Shown: positions 12,974 through 26,670, numbered from the stretch's first letter. The stretch: DNA of 64,000 nt from Lingula anatina (GCA_051362555.1 CM120649.1:9610001-9674000), one strand, 5' to 3'. Program-made: numbers and translations. The notes: a model not told the origin generated them from the letters alone.

Positions 12974-15900
12974 CTTTCTATTAAGCTCTGTTAAGCCTTC
13001 TTTTCCTTTCTCGTTTGCCCTGTAAAACTCTTCTTTGCATGGCTCTAAAGTCATTTTTTTCCTTTTTTTTTCCCTGTAAAGCTCTTCTTTTTATGGCTAT
13101 AAAGCCACTTTTTTTTTCTTTTTTGCCCTATAAAGCTCTTCTTTGCATGGCCCTAAAATCATTTTTTTTATTTCTTTTTTGCCCTGTAAAGCTCTTCTTT
13201 GCATGGCTCTAAAGCCATTTTTTATTTCTTTTTTGCCCTGTAAAGCTCTTCTTTTTATGGCTCTAAAGCCACTTTTTTTTTCTTTTTTGCCCTATAAAGC
13301 TCTTCTTTTCATGACTCTTAAGCCATTTTTTTCTTTCTTTTAAGCTCTGTTAAGCCTTCTTTTCCTTTCTTGTTTGCCCTGTAAAACTCTTCTTTGCATG
13401 GCTCTAAAGCCCTTCTTTATATTCTTTTTTTGCCCTGTAAAGCTCTTCTTTGCATGGCTCTAAAGCCATTTTTTATTTCTTTTTTGCCCTGTAAAGCTCT
13501 TCTTTTTGTGGCTCTAAAGCCCTTCTTTATATTTCTTTTTTGCCCTGTAAAGCTCTTCTTTTCATGGCTCTAAAGCCATTTTTTCCTTTCTTTTTTGCCC
13601 TGTAAAGCTCTTCTTTTTATGGCTATAAAGCCACTTTTTTTTTCTTTTTTGCCCTATAAAGCTCTTCTTTGCATGGCCCTAAAATCATTTTTTTATTTCT
13701 TTTTTGCCCTGTAAAGCTCTTCTTTTTATGGCTCTAAAGCCCTTCTTTATATTTCTTTAAAGCTCTGTAAAGCCCTTCTTTTCCTTTCTTTTCATGACTC
13801 TTAAGCCATTTTTTTCTTTCTATTAAGCTCTGTTAAGCCTTCTTTTCCTTTCTCGTTTGCCCTGTAAAACTCTTCTTTGCATGGCTCTAAAGTCATTTTT
13901 TTCCTTTTTTTTTCCCTGTAAAGCTCTTCTTTTTATGGCTATAAAGCCACTTTTTATTTCTTTTTTGCCCTGTAAAGCTCTTCTTTTTATGGCTCTTAAG
14001 CTCTTCTTTATATTTCTTTTTTGCCCTGTAAAGCTCTTCTTTTTATGGCTATAAAGCCACTTTTTTTTTCTTTTTTGCCCTATAAAGCTCTTCCTTGCAT
14101 GGCTCTAAAGCCCTTCTTTATATTCTTTTTTAGCCCTGTAAAGCTCTTCTTTTCATGGCTCTAAAGGCATTTTTTTTATTTCTTTTTTGCCATGTAAAGC
14201 TCTTCTTTGCATGGCTCTAAAGTCATTTTTTCTTTTTTTTTTTTTGCCCTGTAAAGCTCTTCTTTTTATGTCTCTAAAGCCACTTTTTTTTTCTTTTTTG
14301 CCCTATAAAGCTCTTCTTTTCATGACTCTTAAGCCATTTTTTTCTTTCTTTTTTGCCCTGTAAAGCTCTTCTTTTTGTGGCTCTAAAGCCCTTCTTTATA
14401 TTTCTTTTTTGCCCTGTAAAGCTCTTCTTTTCCTTTCTTTTCATGACTCTTAAGCCAATTTTTTTTCGTTCTTTTAAGCTCTGTTAAGCCTTCTTTTCCT
14501 TTCTTGTTTGCCCTGTAAAACTCTTCTTTGCATGGCTCTAAAGCCCTTCTTTATATTCTTTTTTTGCTCTGTAAAACTCTTCTTTGCATGGCTCTAAAGC
14601 CCTTCTTTATATTCTTTTTTTGCCCTGTAAAACTCTTCTTTGCATGGCTCTAAAGCCATTTTTTATTTCTTTTTTGCCCTGTAAAGCTCTTCTTTTTATG
14701 GCTCTAAAGCCACTTTTTTTTTCTTTTTTGCCCTATAAAGCTCTTCTTTTCATGACTCTTAAGCCATTTTTTTCTTTCTTTTAAGCTCTGTTAAGCCTTC
14801 TTTTCCTTTCTTGTTTGCCCTGTAAAACTCTTCTTTGCATGGCTCTAAAGCCCTTCTTTATATTCTTTTTTTGCTCTGTAAAACTCTTCTTTGCATGACT
14901 CTAAAGCAATTTTTTCCTTTCTTTTTTGCCCTGTAAAGCTCTTCTTTTTATGGCTCTAAAGCCCTTCTTTATCTTTCTTTTTTGCCCTGTAAAGCACTTC
15001 TTTTTATGGCTCTAAAGCCACTTTTTTTTTCTTTTTTGCCCTATAAAGCTCTTCTTTTCATGACTCTTAAGCCATTTTTTTCTTTCTTTTAAGCTCTGTT
15101 AAGCCTTCTTTTCCTTTCTTGTTTGCCCTGTAAAACTCTTCTTTGCATGGCTCTAAAGCCCTTCTTTATATTCTTTTTTTGCTCTGTAAAACTCTTCTTT
15201 GCATGACTCTAAAGCAATTTTTTCCTTTCTTTTTTGCCCTGTAAAGCTCTTCTTTTTATGGCTCTAAAGCCCTTCTTTATCTTTCTTTTTTGCCCTGTAA
15301 AGCACTTCTTTTTATGGCTATAAAGCCACTTTTTTTTTTCTTTTTTGCCCTATAAAGCTCTTCTTTGCATGGCCCTAAAATCATTTTTTTATTTCTTTTT
15401 TTGCCCTGTAAAGCTCTTCTTTTTATGGCTATAAAGCCACTTTTTTTTTCTTTTTTGCCCTATAAAGCTCTTCTTTGCATGGCCCTAAAATCATTTTTTT
15501 ATTTCTTTTTTGCCCTGTAAAGCTCTTCTTTTTATAGCTCTAAAGCTCTTCTTTATATTTCTTTTTTGCCCTGTAAAGCTCTTCTTTTTATGGCTATAAA
15601 GCCACTTTTTTTTTCTTTTTTGCCCTATAAAGCTCTTCCTTGCATGGCTCTAAAGCCCTTCTTTATATTCTTTTTTAGCCCTGTAAAGCTCTTCTTTTCA
15701 TGGCTCTAAAGGCATTTTTTTTATTTCTTTTTTGCCATGTAAAGCTCTTCTTTGCATGGCTCTAAAGTCATTTTTTCTTTTTTTTTTTTTTGCCCTGTAA
15801 AGCTCTTCTTTTTATGGCTCTAAAGCCACTTTTTTTTCTTTTTTGCCCTATAAAGCTCTTCTTTTCATGACTCTTAAGCCATTTTTTTCTTTCTTTTTTG

Positions 15901-17990
15901 CCCTGTAAAGCTCTTCTTTTTGTGGCTCTAAAGCCCTTCTTTATATTTCTTTTTTGCCCTGTAAAGCTCTTCTTTTCCTTTCTTTTCATGACTCTTAAGC
16001 CAATTTTTTTTCGTTCTTTTAAGCTCTGTTTAGCCTTCTTTTCCTTTCTTGTTTGCCCTGTAAAACTCTTCTTTGCATGGCTCTAAAGCCCTTCTTTATA
16101 TTCTTTTTTTGCTCTGTAAAACTCTTCTTTGCATGGCTCTAAAGCCCTTCTTTATATTCTTTTTTTGCCCTGTAAAACTCTTCTTTGCATGGCTCTAAAG
16201 CCATTTTTTATTTCTTTTTTGCCCTGTAAAGCTCTTCTTTTTATGGCTCTAAAGCCACTTTTTTTTCTTTTTTGCCCTATAAAGCTCTTCTTTTCATGAC
16301 TCTTAAGCCATTTTTTTCTTTCTTTTAAGCTCTGTTAAGCCTTCTTTTCCTTTCTTGTTTGCCCTGTAAAACTCTTCTTTGCATGGCTCTAAAGCCCTTC
16401 TTTATATTCTTTTTTTGCTCTGTAAAACTCTTCTTTGCATGACTCTAAAGCAATTTTTTCCTTTCTTTTTTGCCCTGTAAAGCTCTTCTTTTTATGGCTC
16501 TAAAGCCCTTCTTTATCTTTCTTTTTTGCCCTGTAAAGCACTTCTTTTTATGGCTATAAAGCCACTTTTTTTTTCTTTTTTGCCCTATAAAGCTCTTCTT
16601 TGCATGGCCCTAAAATCATTTTTTTATTTCTTTTTTTGCCCTGTAAAGCTCTTCTTTTCATGACTCTTAAGCCATTTTTTTCTTTCTTTTAAGCTCTGTT
16701 AAGCATTCATTTCCTTTCTTGTTTGCCCTGTAAAACTCTTCTTTGCATGGCTCTAAAGCCCTTCTTTATATTCTTTTTTTGCTCTGTAAAACTCTTCTTT
16801 GCATGACTCTAAAGCAATTTTTTCCTTTCTTTTTTGCCCTGTAAAGCTCTTCTTTTTATGGCTCTAAAGCCATTTTTTCCTTTCTTTTTTGCCCTGTAAA
16901 GCTCTTCTTTTTATGGCTATAAAGCCACTTTTTTTTCTTTTTTGCCCTATAAAGCTCTTCTTTGCATGGCCCTAAAATCCTTTTTTTTATTTCTTTTTTG
17001 CCCTGTAAAGCTCTTCTTTTTATGGCTCTAAAGCCCTTCTTTATATTTCTTTAAAGCTCTGTAAAGCCCTTCTTTTCCTTTCTTTTCATGACTCTTAAGC
17101 CATTTTTTTCTTTCTATTAAGCTCTGTTAAGCCTTCTTTTCCTTTCTCGTTTGCACTGTAAAACTCTTCTTTGCATGGCTCTAAAGTCATTTTTTTCCTT
17201 TTTTTTTCCGTGTAAAGCTCTTCTTTTTATGGCTCTAAAGCCCTTCTTTATCTTTCTTTTTTGCCCTGTAAAGCTCTTCTTTTTATGGCTCTAAAGCCAT
17301 TTTTTCCTTTCTTTTTTGCCCTGTAAAGCTCTTCTTTTTATGGCTATAAAGCCACTTTTTTTTTCTTTTTTGCCCTATAAAGCTCTTCTTTGCATGGCCC
17401 TAAAATCATTTTTTTATTTCTTTTTTGCCCTGTAAAGCTCTTCTTTTTATGGCTCTAAAGCGCTTCTTTATATTTCTTTAAAGCTCTGTAAAGTCCTTTT
17501 TTTCCTTTCTTTTCATGACTCTTAAGCCAATTTTTTTCTTTCTTTTAAGCTCTGTTAAGCCTTCTTTTCCTTTCTTGTTTGCCCTGTAAAACTCTTCTTT
17601 GCATGGCTCTAAAGCCATTTTTTTATTTCTTTTTTGCCCTGTAAAGCTCTTCTTTTTATGGCTCTAAAGCCATTTTTTTTCCTTTTTTTCCGTGTAAATC
17701 TCTTCCTTTTATGGCTCTAAAGCCCTTCTTTATATTTCTTTTTTGCCCTGTACAGCTCTTCTTTTCATGGCTCTAAAGGCATTTTTTTATTTCTTTTTTG
17801 CCCTCTTCTTTTCATGGCTCTAAAGCCCTTCTTTTCCTTTCTTTCAAGCACTGTAAAGCTCTTCTTTTTATGGCTCTAAAGCCCTTCTTTTCCTTTCTTT
17901 TTTGCCCCGTAAAGCTCTTCTTTTCCTTTCTTTCAAGCACTGTAAAAAGCTCTTCTTTTCATGGCTCTAAAGCGCTTCTTTATATTTCTT
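12974..17990 (+). repeat. Pyrimidine-rich ~55-bp satellite, unidirectional, forming the spacer of the palindrome
   Basis: Unit ~gccctgtaaagctcttctttttatggctctaaagcc(attttttcc/cttctttata)tttctttttt, built from two related halves that each contain TAAAGC. Block duplications are offset by ~842 bp (13015 vs 13857) and ~1545 bp (14456 vs 16001). Confidence 0.95.
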
Positions 17991-20900
17991 TTTAAGTGTC
18001 CCGAAAGGTCTGTCTCAACTACCGCAATCGGAAAGTCGAAGCCCTCAAATTTGGCTTAAGTCCCTTTAAAAGTACTTTAAGAATAATGGGCTCTGTCGCA
18101 ACTGTCACAATCGGTAGGTCTTAAGGGTCCCAAAAGGTTTGTCTCAACTACCGCAATCGGAAAGTCGAAGCCCTCAAATTTGGCTTAAGTCCCTTTAAAA
18201 GTACTTTAAAAATCATGGACTCTGTCGCAAATATCGCAATCGGTGGGTCTTAAGGGTCTTGAAAGGTCTGTCTCAACTACCGCAATCGGAAAGTCGAAGC
18301 CCTCAAAATTGGCTTAAGTCCCTTTAAAAGTACTTTAAAAATCAATCATGGACTCTGTCGCAACTATCGCAATCGGTGGGTCTTAAGGGTCCCGAAAGGT
18401 CTGTCTCAACTACCGCAATCGGAAAGTCGAAGCCCTCAAAATTGGCTTAAGTCCCTTTAAAAGTACTTTAAAAATCAATCATGGACTCTGTCGCAACTAT
18501 CGCAATCGGTGGGTCTTAAGGGTCCCGAAAGGTCTGTCTCAACTACCGCAATCGGAAAGTCGAAGCCCTCAAAATTGGCTTAAGTCCCTTTAAAAGTACT
18601 TTAAAAATCAATCATGGACTCTGTCGCAACTATCGCAATCGGTGGGTCTTAAGGGTCCCGAAAGGTCTGTCTCAACTACCGCAATCGGAAAGTCGAAGCC
18701 CTCAAAATTGGCTTAAGTCCCTTTAAAAGTACTTTAAAAATCAATCATGGACTCTGTCGCAACTATCGCAATCGGTGGGTCTTAAGGGTCCCGAAAGGTC
18801 TGTCTCAACTACCGCAATCGGAAAGTCGAAGCCCTCAAAATTGGCTTAAGTCCCTTTAAAAGTACTTTAAAAATCATGGACTCTGTCGCAATCGGTGGGT
18901 CTTAAGGGTCCCGAAAGGTCTGTCTCAACTACCGCAATCGGAAAGTCGAAGCCGTCAAATTTGGCTTAAGTCCCTTTAAAAGTACTTTAAGAATAATGGA
19001 CTCTGTCGCAACTATCGCAATCGATGGGTCTGAAGGGTCCCGAAAGGTCTGTCTCAACTACCGCAATCGGAAAGTCGAAGCCCTCAAAATTGGCTTAAGT
19101 CCCTTTAAAAGTAATTTAAAAATCATGGACTCTGTCGCAACTATCGCAATCGGTGGGTCTGAAAGGTCCCGAAAGGTCTGTCTCAACTACCGCAATCGGA
19201 AAATCGAAGCCCTCAAATTTGGCTTAAGTCCCTTTAAAAGTACTTTAAAAATCATGGACTCTGTCGCAAATATCGCAATCGGTGGGTCTTAAGGGTCTTG
19301 AAAGGTCTGTCTCAACTACCGCAATCGGAAAGTCGAAGCCCTCAAAATTGGCTTAAGTCCCTTTAAAAGTACTTTAAAAATCAATCATGGACTCTGTCGC
19401 AACTATCGCAATCGGTGGGTCTGAAAGGTCCCGAAAGGTCTGTCTCAACTACCGCAATCGGAAAATCGAAGCCCTCAAATTTGGCTTAAGTCCCTTTAAA
19501 AGTACTTTAAAAATCATGGACTCTGTCGCAAATATCGCAATCGGTGGGTCTTAAGGGTCTTGAAAGGTCTGTCTCAACTACCGCAATCGGAAAGTCGAAG
19601 CCCTCAAAATTGGCTTAAGTCCCTTTAAAAGTACTTTAAAAATCAATCATGGACTCTGTCGCAACTATCGCAATCGATGGGTCTTAAGGGTCCCGAAAGG
19701 TCTGTCTCAACTACCGCAATCGGAAAGTCGAAGCCCTCAAAATTGGCTTAAGTCCCTTTAAAAGTACTTTAAAAATCATGGACTCTGTCGCAACTATCGC
19801 AATCGGTGGGTCTTAAGGGTCCCGAAAGGTCTGTCTCAACTACCGCAATCGGAAAGTCCAAGCCGTCAAATTTGGCTTAAGTCCCTTTAAAAGTACTTTA
19901 AAAATCATGGACTCTGTCACAACTGTCGCAATCGGTAGGTCTTAAGGGTCCCAAAAGGTCTGTCTCAACTACCGCAATCGGGAAGTCGAAGCCGTCAAAT
20001 TTGGCTTAAGTCCCTTTAAAAGTACTTTAAGAATCATGGACTCTGTCGCAACTATCGCAATCGGTGGGTCTTAAGGGTCTCGAAAGGTCTGTCTCAACTA
20101 CCGCAATCGGAAAGTCGAAGCCGTCAAATTTGGCTTAAGTCCCTTTAAAAGTACTTTAAAAATCATGGACTCTGTCGCAACTATCGCAATCAGTGGGTCT
20201 TAAGGGTCCCGAAAGGTCTGTCTCAACTACCGCAATCGGAAAGTCCAAGCTGTCAAATTTGGCTTAAGTCCCTTTAAAAGTACTTTAAAAATCAATCATG
20301 GACTCTGTCGCAACTATCGCAATCGGTGGGTCTTAAGGGTCCCGAAATGTTTGTCTCAAGTACCGCAATCGGAAAGTCGAAGCCCTCAAATTTGGCTCAA
20401 GTCCCTTTAAAAGTACTTTAAAAATCATGGACTCTGTCTCAACTATCGCAATCGGTGGGTCTTAAGGGTCCCGAAAGGTCTGTCTCAACTACCGCAATCG
20501 GAAAGTCGAAGCCGTCAAATTTGGCTTAAGTCCCTTTAAAAGTAATTTAAAAATCATGGACTCTGTCGCAACTATCGCAATCGGTGGGTCTGAAAGGTCC
20601 CGAAAGGTCTGTCTCAACTACCGCAATCGGAAAGTCGAAGCCGTCAAATTTGGCTTAAGTCCCTTTAAAAGTACTTTAAAAATCAATCATGGACTCTGTC
20701 GCAACTATCGCAATCTGTGGGTCTTAAGGGTCCCGAAAAGTCTGTCTCAACTACCGCAATCGGAAAGTCGAAGCCCTCAAATTTGGCTCAAGTCCCTTTA
20801 AAAGTACTTTAAAAATCATGGACTCTGTCGCAATTGGTGGGTCTTAAGGGTCCCGAAAGGTCTGTCTCAACTACCGCAATCGGAAAGTCGAAGCCGTCAA

Positions 20901-23900
20901 ATTTGGCTTAAGTCCCTTTAAAAGTACTTTAAGAATAATGGACTCTGTCGCAACTGTCGCAATCGGTGGGTCTTAAGGGTCCCGAAATGTCTGTCTCAAC
21001 TACCGCAATCGGAAAGTCGAAGCCCTCAAATTTGGCTCAAGTCCCTTTAAAAGTACTTTAAAAATCATGGACTCTGTCGCAACTATCGCAATCGGTGGGT
21101 CTTAAGGGTCCCGAAAGGTCTGTCTCAACTACCGCAATCGGAAAGTCGAAGCCCTCAAAATTGGCTTAAGTCCCTTTAAAAGTACTTTAAAAATCATGGA
21201 CTCTGTCGCAATCGGTGGGTCTTAAGGGTCCCGAAATGTCTGTCTCAACTACCGCAATCGGAAAGTCGAAGCCCTCAAATTTGGCTCAAGTCCCTTTAAA
21301 AGTACTTTAAAAATCATGGACTCTGTCTCAACTATCGCAATCGGTGGGTCTTAAGGGTCCCGAAAGGTCTGTCTCAACTACCGCAATCGGAAAGTCGAAG
21401 CCCTCAAAATTGGCTTAAGTCCCTTTAAAAGTACTTTAAAAATCATGGACTCTGTCGCAATCGGTGGGTCTTAAGGGTCCCGAAAGGTCTGTCTCAACTA
21501 CCGCAATCGGAAAGTCGAAGCCGTCAAATTTGGCTTAAGTCCCTTTAAAAGTACTTTAAGAATAATGGACTCTGTCGCAACTATCGCAATCGATGGGTCT
21601 GAAGGGTCCCGAAAGGTCTGTCTCAACTACCGCAATCGGAAAGTCGAAGCCCTCAAAATTGGCTTAAGTCCCTTTAAAAGTAATTTAAAAATCATGGACT
21701 CTGTCGCAACTATCGTAATCCGTGGGTCTGAAAGGTCCCGAAAGGTCTGTCTCAACTACCGCAATCGGAAAGTCGAAGCCCTCAAATTTGGCTTAAGTCC
21801 CTTTAAAAGTACTTTAAAAATCATGGACTCTGTCGCAAATATCGCAATCGGTGGGTCTTAAGGGTCTTGAAAGGTCTGTCTCAACTACCGCAATCGGAAA
21901 GTCGAAGCCCTCAAAATTGGCTTAAGTCCCTTTAAAAGTACTTTAAAAATCAATCATGGACTCTGTCGCAACTATCGCAATCGGTGGGTCTTAAGGGTCC
22001 CGAAAGGTCTGTCTCAACTACCGCAATCGGAAAGTCGAAGCCGTCAAATTTGGCTTAAGTCCCTTTAAAAGTACTTTAAAAATCAATCATGGACTCTGTC
22101 GCAACTATCGCAATCGGTGGGTCTTAAGGGTCCCGAAAGGTCTGTCTCAACTACCGCAATCGGAAAGTCGAAGCCCTCAAATTTGGCTCAAGTCCCTTTA
22201 AAAGTACTTTAAAAATCATGGACTCTGTCGCAACTATCGCAATCGGTGGGTCTTAAGGGTCCCGAAAGGTCTGACTCAACTACCGCAATCGGAAAGTCGA
22301 AGCCCTCAAATTTGGCTTTAGTCCCTTTAAAAATACTTTAAAAATCATGGACTCTGTCGCAATCGGTGGTTCTTAAGGGTCGCGAAAGGTCTGTCTCAAC
22401 TACCGCAATCGGAAAGTCGAAGCCCTCAAATTTGGCTTTAGTCCCTTTAAAAGTACTTTAAAAATCATGGACTCTGTCGCAACTATCGCAATCGATGGGT
22501 CTGAAGGGTCCCGAAAGGTCTGTCTCAACTACCGCAATCGGAAAGTCGAAGCCCTCAAATTTGGCTTAAGTCCCTTTAAAAGTACTTTAAAAATCATGGA
22601 CTCTGTCCCAACTATCGCAATCGGTGGGTCTTAAGGGTCCCGAAAGGTCTGTCTCAACTACCGCAATCGGAAAGTCGAAGCCCTCAAATTTGGCTTTAGT
22701 CCCTTTAAAAGTACTTTAAAAATCATGGACTCTGTCGCAATCGGTGGTTCTTAAGGGTCGCGAAAGGTCTGTCTCAACTACCGCAATCGGAAAGTCGAAG
22801 CCCTCAAATTTGGCTCAAGTCCCTTTAAAAGTACTTTAAAAATCATGGACTCTGTCGCAACTATCGCAATCGGTGGTTCTTAAGGGTCGCGAAAGGTCTG
22901 TCTCAACTACCGCAATCGGAAAGTCGAAGCCCTCAAATTTGGCTTTTGTCCCTTTAAAAGTACTTTAAAAATCATGGACTCTGTCGCAACTATCGCAATC
23001 GGTGGGTCTTAAGGGTCCCGAAAGGTCTGTCTCAACTACCGCAATCGGAAAGTCGAAGCCCTCAAATTTGGCTTTAGTCCCTTTAAAAGTACTTTAAAAA
23101 TCATGGACTCTGTCGCAACTGTCGCAATCGGTGGGTCTTAAGGGTCCCGAAATGTCTGTCTCAACTACCGCAATCGGAAAGTCGAAGCCCTCAAATTTGG
23201 CTCAAGTCCCTTTAAAAGTACTTTAAAAATCATGGACTCTGTCGCAACTATCGCAATCGGTGGGTCTTAAGGGTCCCGAAAGGTCTGTCTCAACTACCGC
23301 AATCGGAAAGTCGAAGCCCTCAAATTTGGCTTTAGTCCCTTTAAAAGTACTTTAAAAATCATGGACTCTGTCGCAATCGGTGGTTCTTAAGGGTCGCGAA
23401 AGGTCTGTCTCAACTACCGCAATCGGAAAGTCGAAGCCCTCAAATTTGGCTTAAGTCCCTTTAAAAGTACTTTAAAAATCATGGACTCTGTCGCAACTAT
23501 CGCAATCGGTGGGTCTTAAGGGTCCCGAAAGGTCTGTCTCAACTACCGCAATCGGAAAGTCGAAGCCCTCAAATTTGGCTTAAGTCCCTTTAAAAGTACT
23601 TTAAAAATCATGGACTCTGTCGCAACTATCGCAATCGGTGGGTCTTAAGGGTCCCGAAAGGTCTGTCTCAACTACCGCAATCGGAAAGTCGAAGCCCTCA
23701 AAATTGGCTTAAGTCCCTTTAAAAGTACTTTAAAAATCATGGACTCTGTCGCAATTGGTTGGTCTTAAGGGTCCCGAAAGGTCTGTCTCAACTACCACAA
23801 TGGGAAAGTCGAAGCCCTAAAATTTGGCTTAAGTCCCTTTAAAAGTACTTTAAAAATCATGGACTCTGTCGCAATTGGTTGGTCTTAAGGGTCCCAAAAG

Positions 23901-24754
23901 GTCTGTCTCAACTACCACAATGGGAAAGTCGAAGCCCATCAAATTTGGCTTAAGTCCCTTTAAAAGTACTTTAAAAATCATGGACTCTGTCGCAACTATC
24001 GCAATCGATGGGTCTGAAGGGTCCCAAAAGGTCTGTCTCAACTACCGCAATCGGAAAGTTGAAGCCCTCAAATTTGGCTTAAGTCCCATAAAAGTAATTT
24101 AAAAATCATGGACTCTGTCGCAACTGTGGCAATCGGTGGGTCTTAAGGTTCCCGAAAGGTCTGTCTCAACTACCGCAATCGAAAAGTCGAAGCCCTCAAA
24201 TTTGGCTTAAGTCCCTTTTAGAGTACTTTAAAAATTATGGACTCTGTCGCATTTATCGCAATCGGTGGGTCTTAAGGGTCCCGAAAGGTCTCTCTCAACT
24301 ACCGCAATCGGAAAGTCGAAGCCCTCAAATTTGGCTTAAGTCCCTTTAAAAGCACTTTAAAAATCATGGACTCTGTCACAACTGTCGTAATCGGTTGGTC
24401 TTAAGGGTCCCGAAAGGTCTGTCTCAACTACAGCAATTGAAAAGTCGAAGCCCTCAAATTTGGCTTAAGTCCCTTTAAAAGTACTTTCAAAATCATGGAC
24501 TCTGTGGCAACTGTCGCAATCGGTGGGTCTTAAGGGTCCCGAAAGGTCTGTCTCAACTACAGCAATCGAAAAGTCGAAGCCCTCAAATTTGGCTTAAGTC
24601 CCTTCTAAAGTACTTTAAAAATCATGGACTCTGTCGCAACTATCGCAATCGGTGGGTCTTAAGGGTCCTGAAAGGTCTGTTTCAACTACCTCAATCAGAA
24701 AGTCGAAGCTGTCAAGATTAGCTCTAGTCCCCTTTTAAGTACTTAAAAATTTTT
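17991..24754 (-). repeat. 129-bp satellite array in inverted orientation, ~52 monomers, including 133-bp and 120-bp variants
   Basis: Reverse complement of the 2957-12973 monomer. Variants include a +4 aatc insertion (aatcaatcatgg, four consecutive copies at 18341-18750) and a 9-bp deletion (tgtcgcaatcgg). Confidence 0.98.
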
Positions 24755-24834
24755 GGAATCTGTCTACCTATAGTAATTCAACCTGTCTGTCTGTAACGTC
24801 AACATGATCGTGGCAGTTTAAAGACAACACTGTG

Positions 24835-24868
24835 GTACCCCCAGTACTCGTACTGGTGGTATAATAAA
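24835..24868 (-). mobile_element. Mirror copy of the HINE-like 5' terminus, pointing into the right 129-bp array
   Basis: gtacccccagtactcgtactggtggtataataaa is the exact reverse complement of 2841-2874. Confidence 0.65.
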
Positions 24869-25347
24869 ATATGAATTCAACATAAAATACAAAAATCAAT
24901 ATTAAAAATGATCTCAGGTAGTGATGAATTCAATATATTTGGAATATTTGTGATTATAATAAATAAGAAGACATTTTGTGAAGCATTGCCCCTATTTTAG
25001 ATGAAATTGTCTTTTTTCTGGTCTTGTTCAGCAGAAGATTGTTAAGTCAAGTTAGAATCGTCACACATCTGAACAATACAGTGTAAAAGAGGCAGGTATT
25101 TGTTAACTAAACACGTCTTCGCAATGTCTTCTCAAAACATTAAGGCACTTAATTACTGCCACTAGTGCAGTAACTATCATGGACACTCACATGTAGATCA
25201 AATATGAAAAAAGTAGTGAAACTTATATGGAAAAAATTAAGGACAAAGTCACTCAGTTAATATTCAGTAAAAAATTGTTTTATACTTGTTATGAATAAAT
25301 AAATAAATAAATAAATAAATTTAAATAAATTAATAAATAAATAAATA

Positions 25348-25390
25348 AATTAGATGGTGTTGATGGGTAGCCATCACGTATCCCCCCACT
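25348..25390 (-). mobile_element. Mirror copy of the HINE-like 3' terminus
   Basis: aattagatggtgttgatgggtagccatcacgtatccccccact is the reverse complement of 2339-2381. Confidence 0.6.
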
Positions 25391-26639
25391 TAAAGATGAA
25401 AAGAAATTTGACTGGGTTCGGTCCAATTCCATGGGGTCACTCACTAAATTGCTTTCAGCCCAAACAGCTTAGACATCTGGGATGCCCACTAAAGCTGCTA
25501 AACGATAGTTAATTACCCCTTATCAACATCCGCAAGTGTGACAGACATCTAAGCCACCCAAGTTAATTGCAATTAAAAGCAAGAATCCCCTCTGAGATAG
25601 TTCAATCCAAAGTTAGTATGATAGGGTTTGGGAAATGGTCTCTTAGGATAACCCACCCTGCATGGACAGCCCAAGTACAATTTAGTTCCCTGAAGATAAG
25701 TCTAGTAATCCCCAAAGTATCAACTTTCTACACTTATGGTCTAGCAGTAATAACAGTTTAGAATCAACCACCCCCAGGGACAGCCCAACCCCCAGGCATT
25801 ATAAAATTTTGTGCCCATGCACATCCATGAAGACAGCTTTACCCATTACCAAAGTTTTAACTTCCTATGTCTAATGGTCTAGGAGGAGATAGCAGAAATT
25901 ACACTACGAAAAGTATTTAGAAACAACCAAACTCCCCACGGACAGTTCATGGCACCCCTTTGTACTAAAATTCTGAAATGCCCATACACATCCCTGATGA
26001 CAGCTTTATCTAATGCTTTTATATTAAGAAAAGAAATTTTGGATCACTGACAAAAATAAATAATCCTTAATACTTCTCATGGACTTTATTATTATTATTA
26101 TTATTTTTATTATTATTATTACTATTATGTACTATGGGCCGGAGGCCTTGAAAAGCTGAATAAATTATTATTATTTTATTGACAGCTTTACCATCACCAA
26201 TGTTTAAAATTCCTATAAGTCTAATGGTCTAGGAGAGAGTGGAAATTACACTATAAAAAGAATTTAGAATCAACTCCCCCCCTCCCCCCCTAAAACTGTC
26301 CAACCCCCAGGCACGGTTAAATTCTGAAACACCACTGCCCATCTCTGCAAAAAGCGAAAAATTTAACCAATCACCAAAAATTTAACTATCCAACTCAACT
26401 GATATAAGGAGGAGTTCATAGAAAATACAAAGTAAAAAGAATTTTAATTCAAACCCCCCCCCCCCCCCCCGGGGACAGCCGTGAGCCCAACTCCATTTGT
26501 TGTACTAAAATTTCAAATGCCCATGCACATCCCTGACAACAGTTCAACCAATCACCAAAGTTTTAATTACCTAAGTCTAATGGTCTACAAGGAGACAGCG
26601 GAAAGTAATACGGGATCTATTCGGGATCTATGCCCTCCT

Positions 26640-26670
<31 letters not shown>

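Noticed and set aside
12974-17990. Telomere-telomere fusion site at the palindrome centre
   Set aside because: No TTAGGG-type repeats are present, and the core does not switch orientation.
13015-17995. Hydrophobic F/L-rich and K/R-rich ORFs
   Set aside because: These are translations of the T-rich satellite, with constant frameshifts in the T runs.
2957-24754. CRISPR array, or a 43-aa repeat protein (MDSVATIAIGGS*GSRKVCLNYRNRKVEALKFGLSPFKSTLKI), since 129 is divisible by 3
   Set aside because: There are no unique spacers and no cas genes. Nearly every monomer has an in-frame TAA, and +4 and -46 variants break the frame. The 98-aa ORFs arise only where the stop has mutated by chance.
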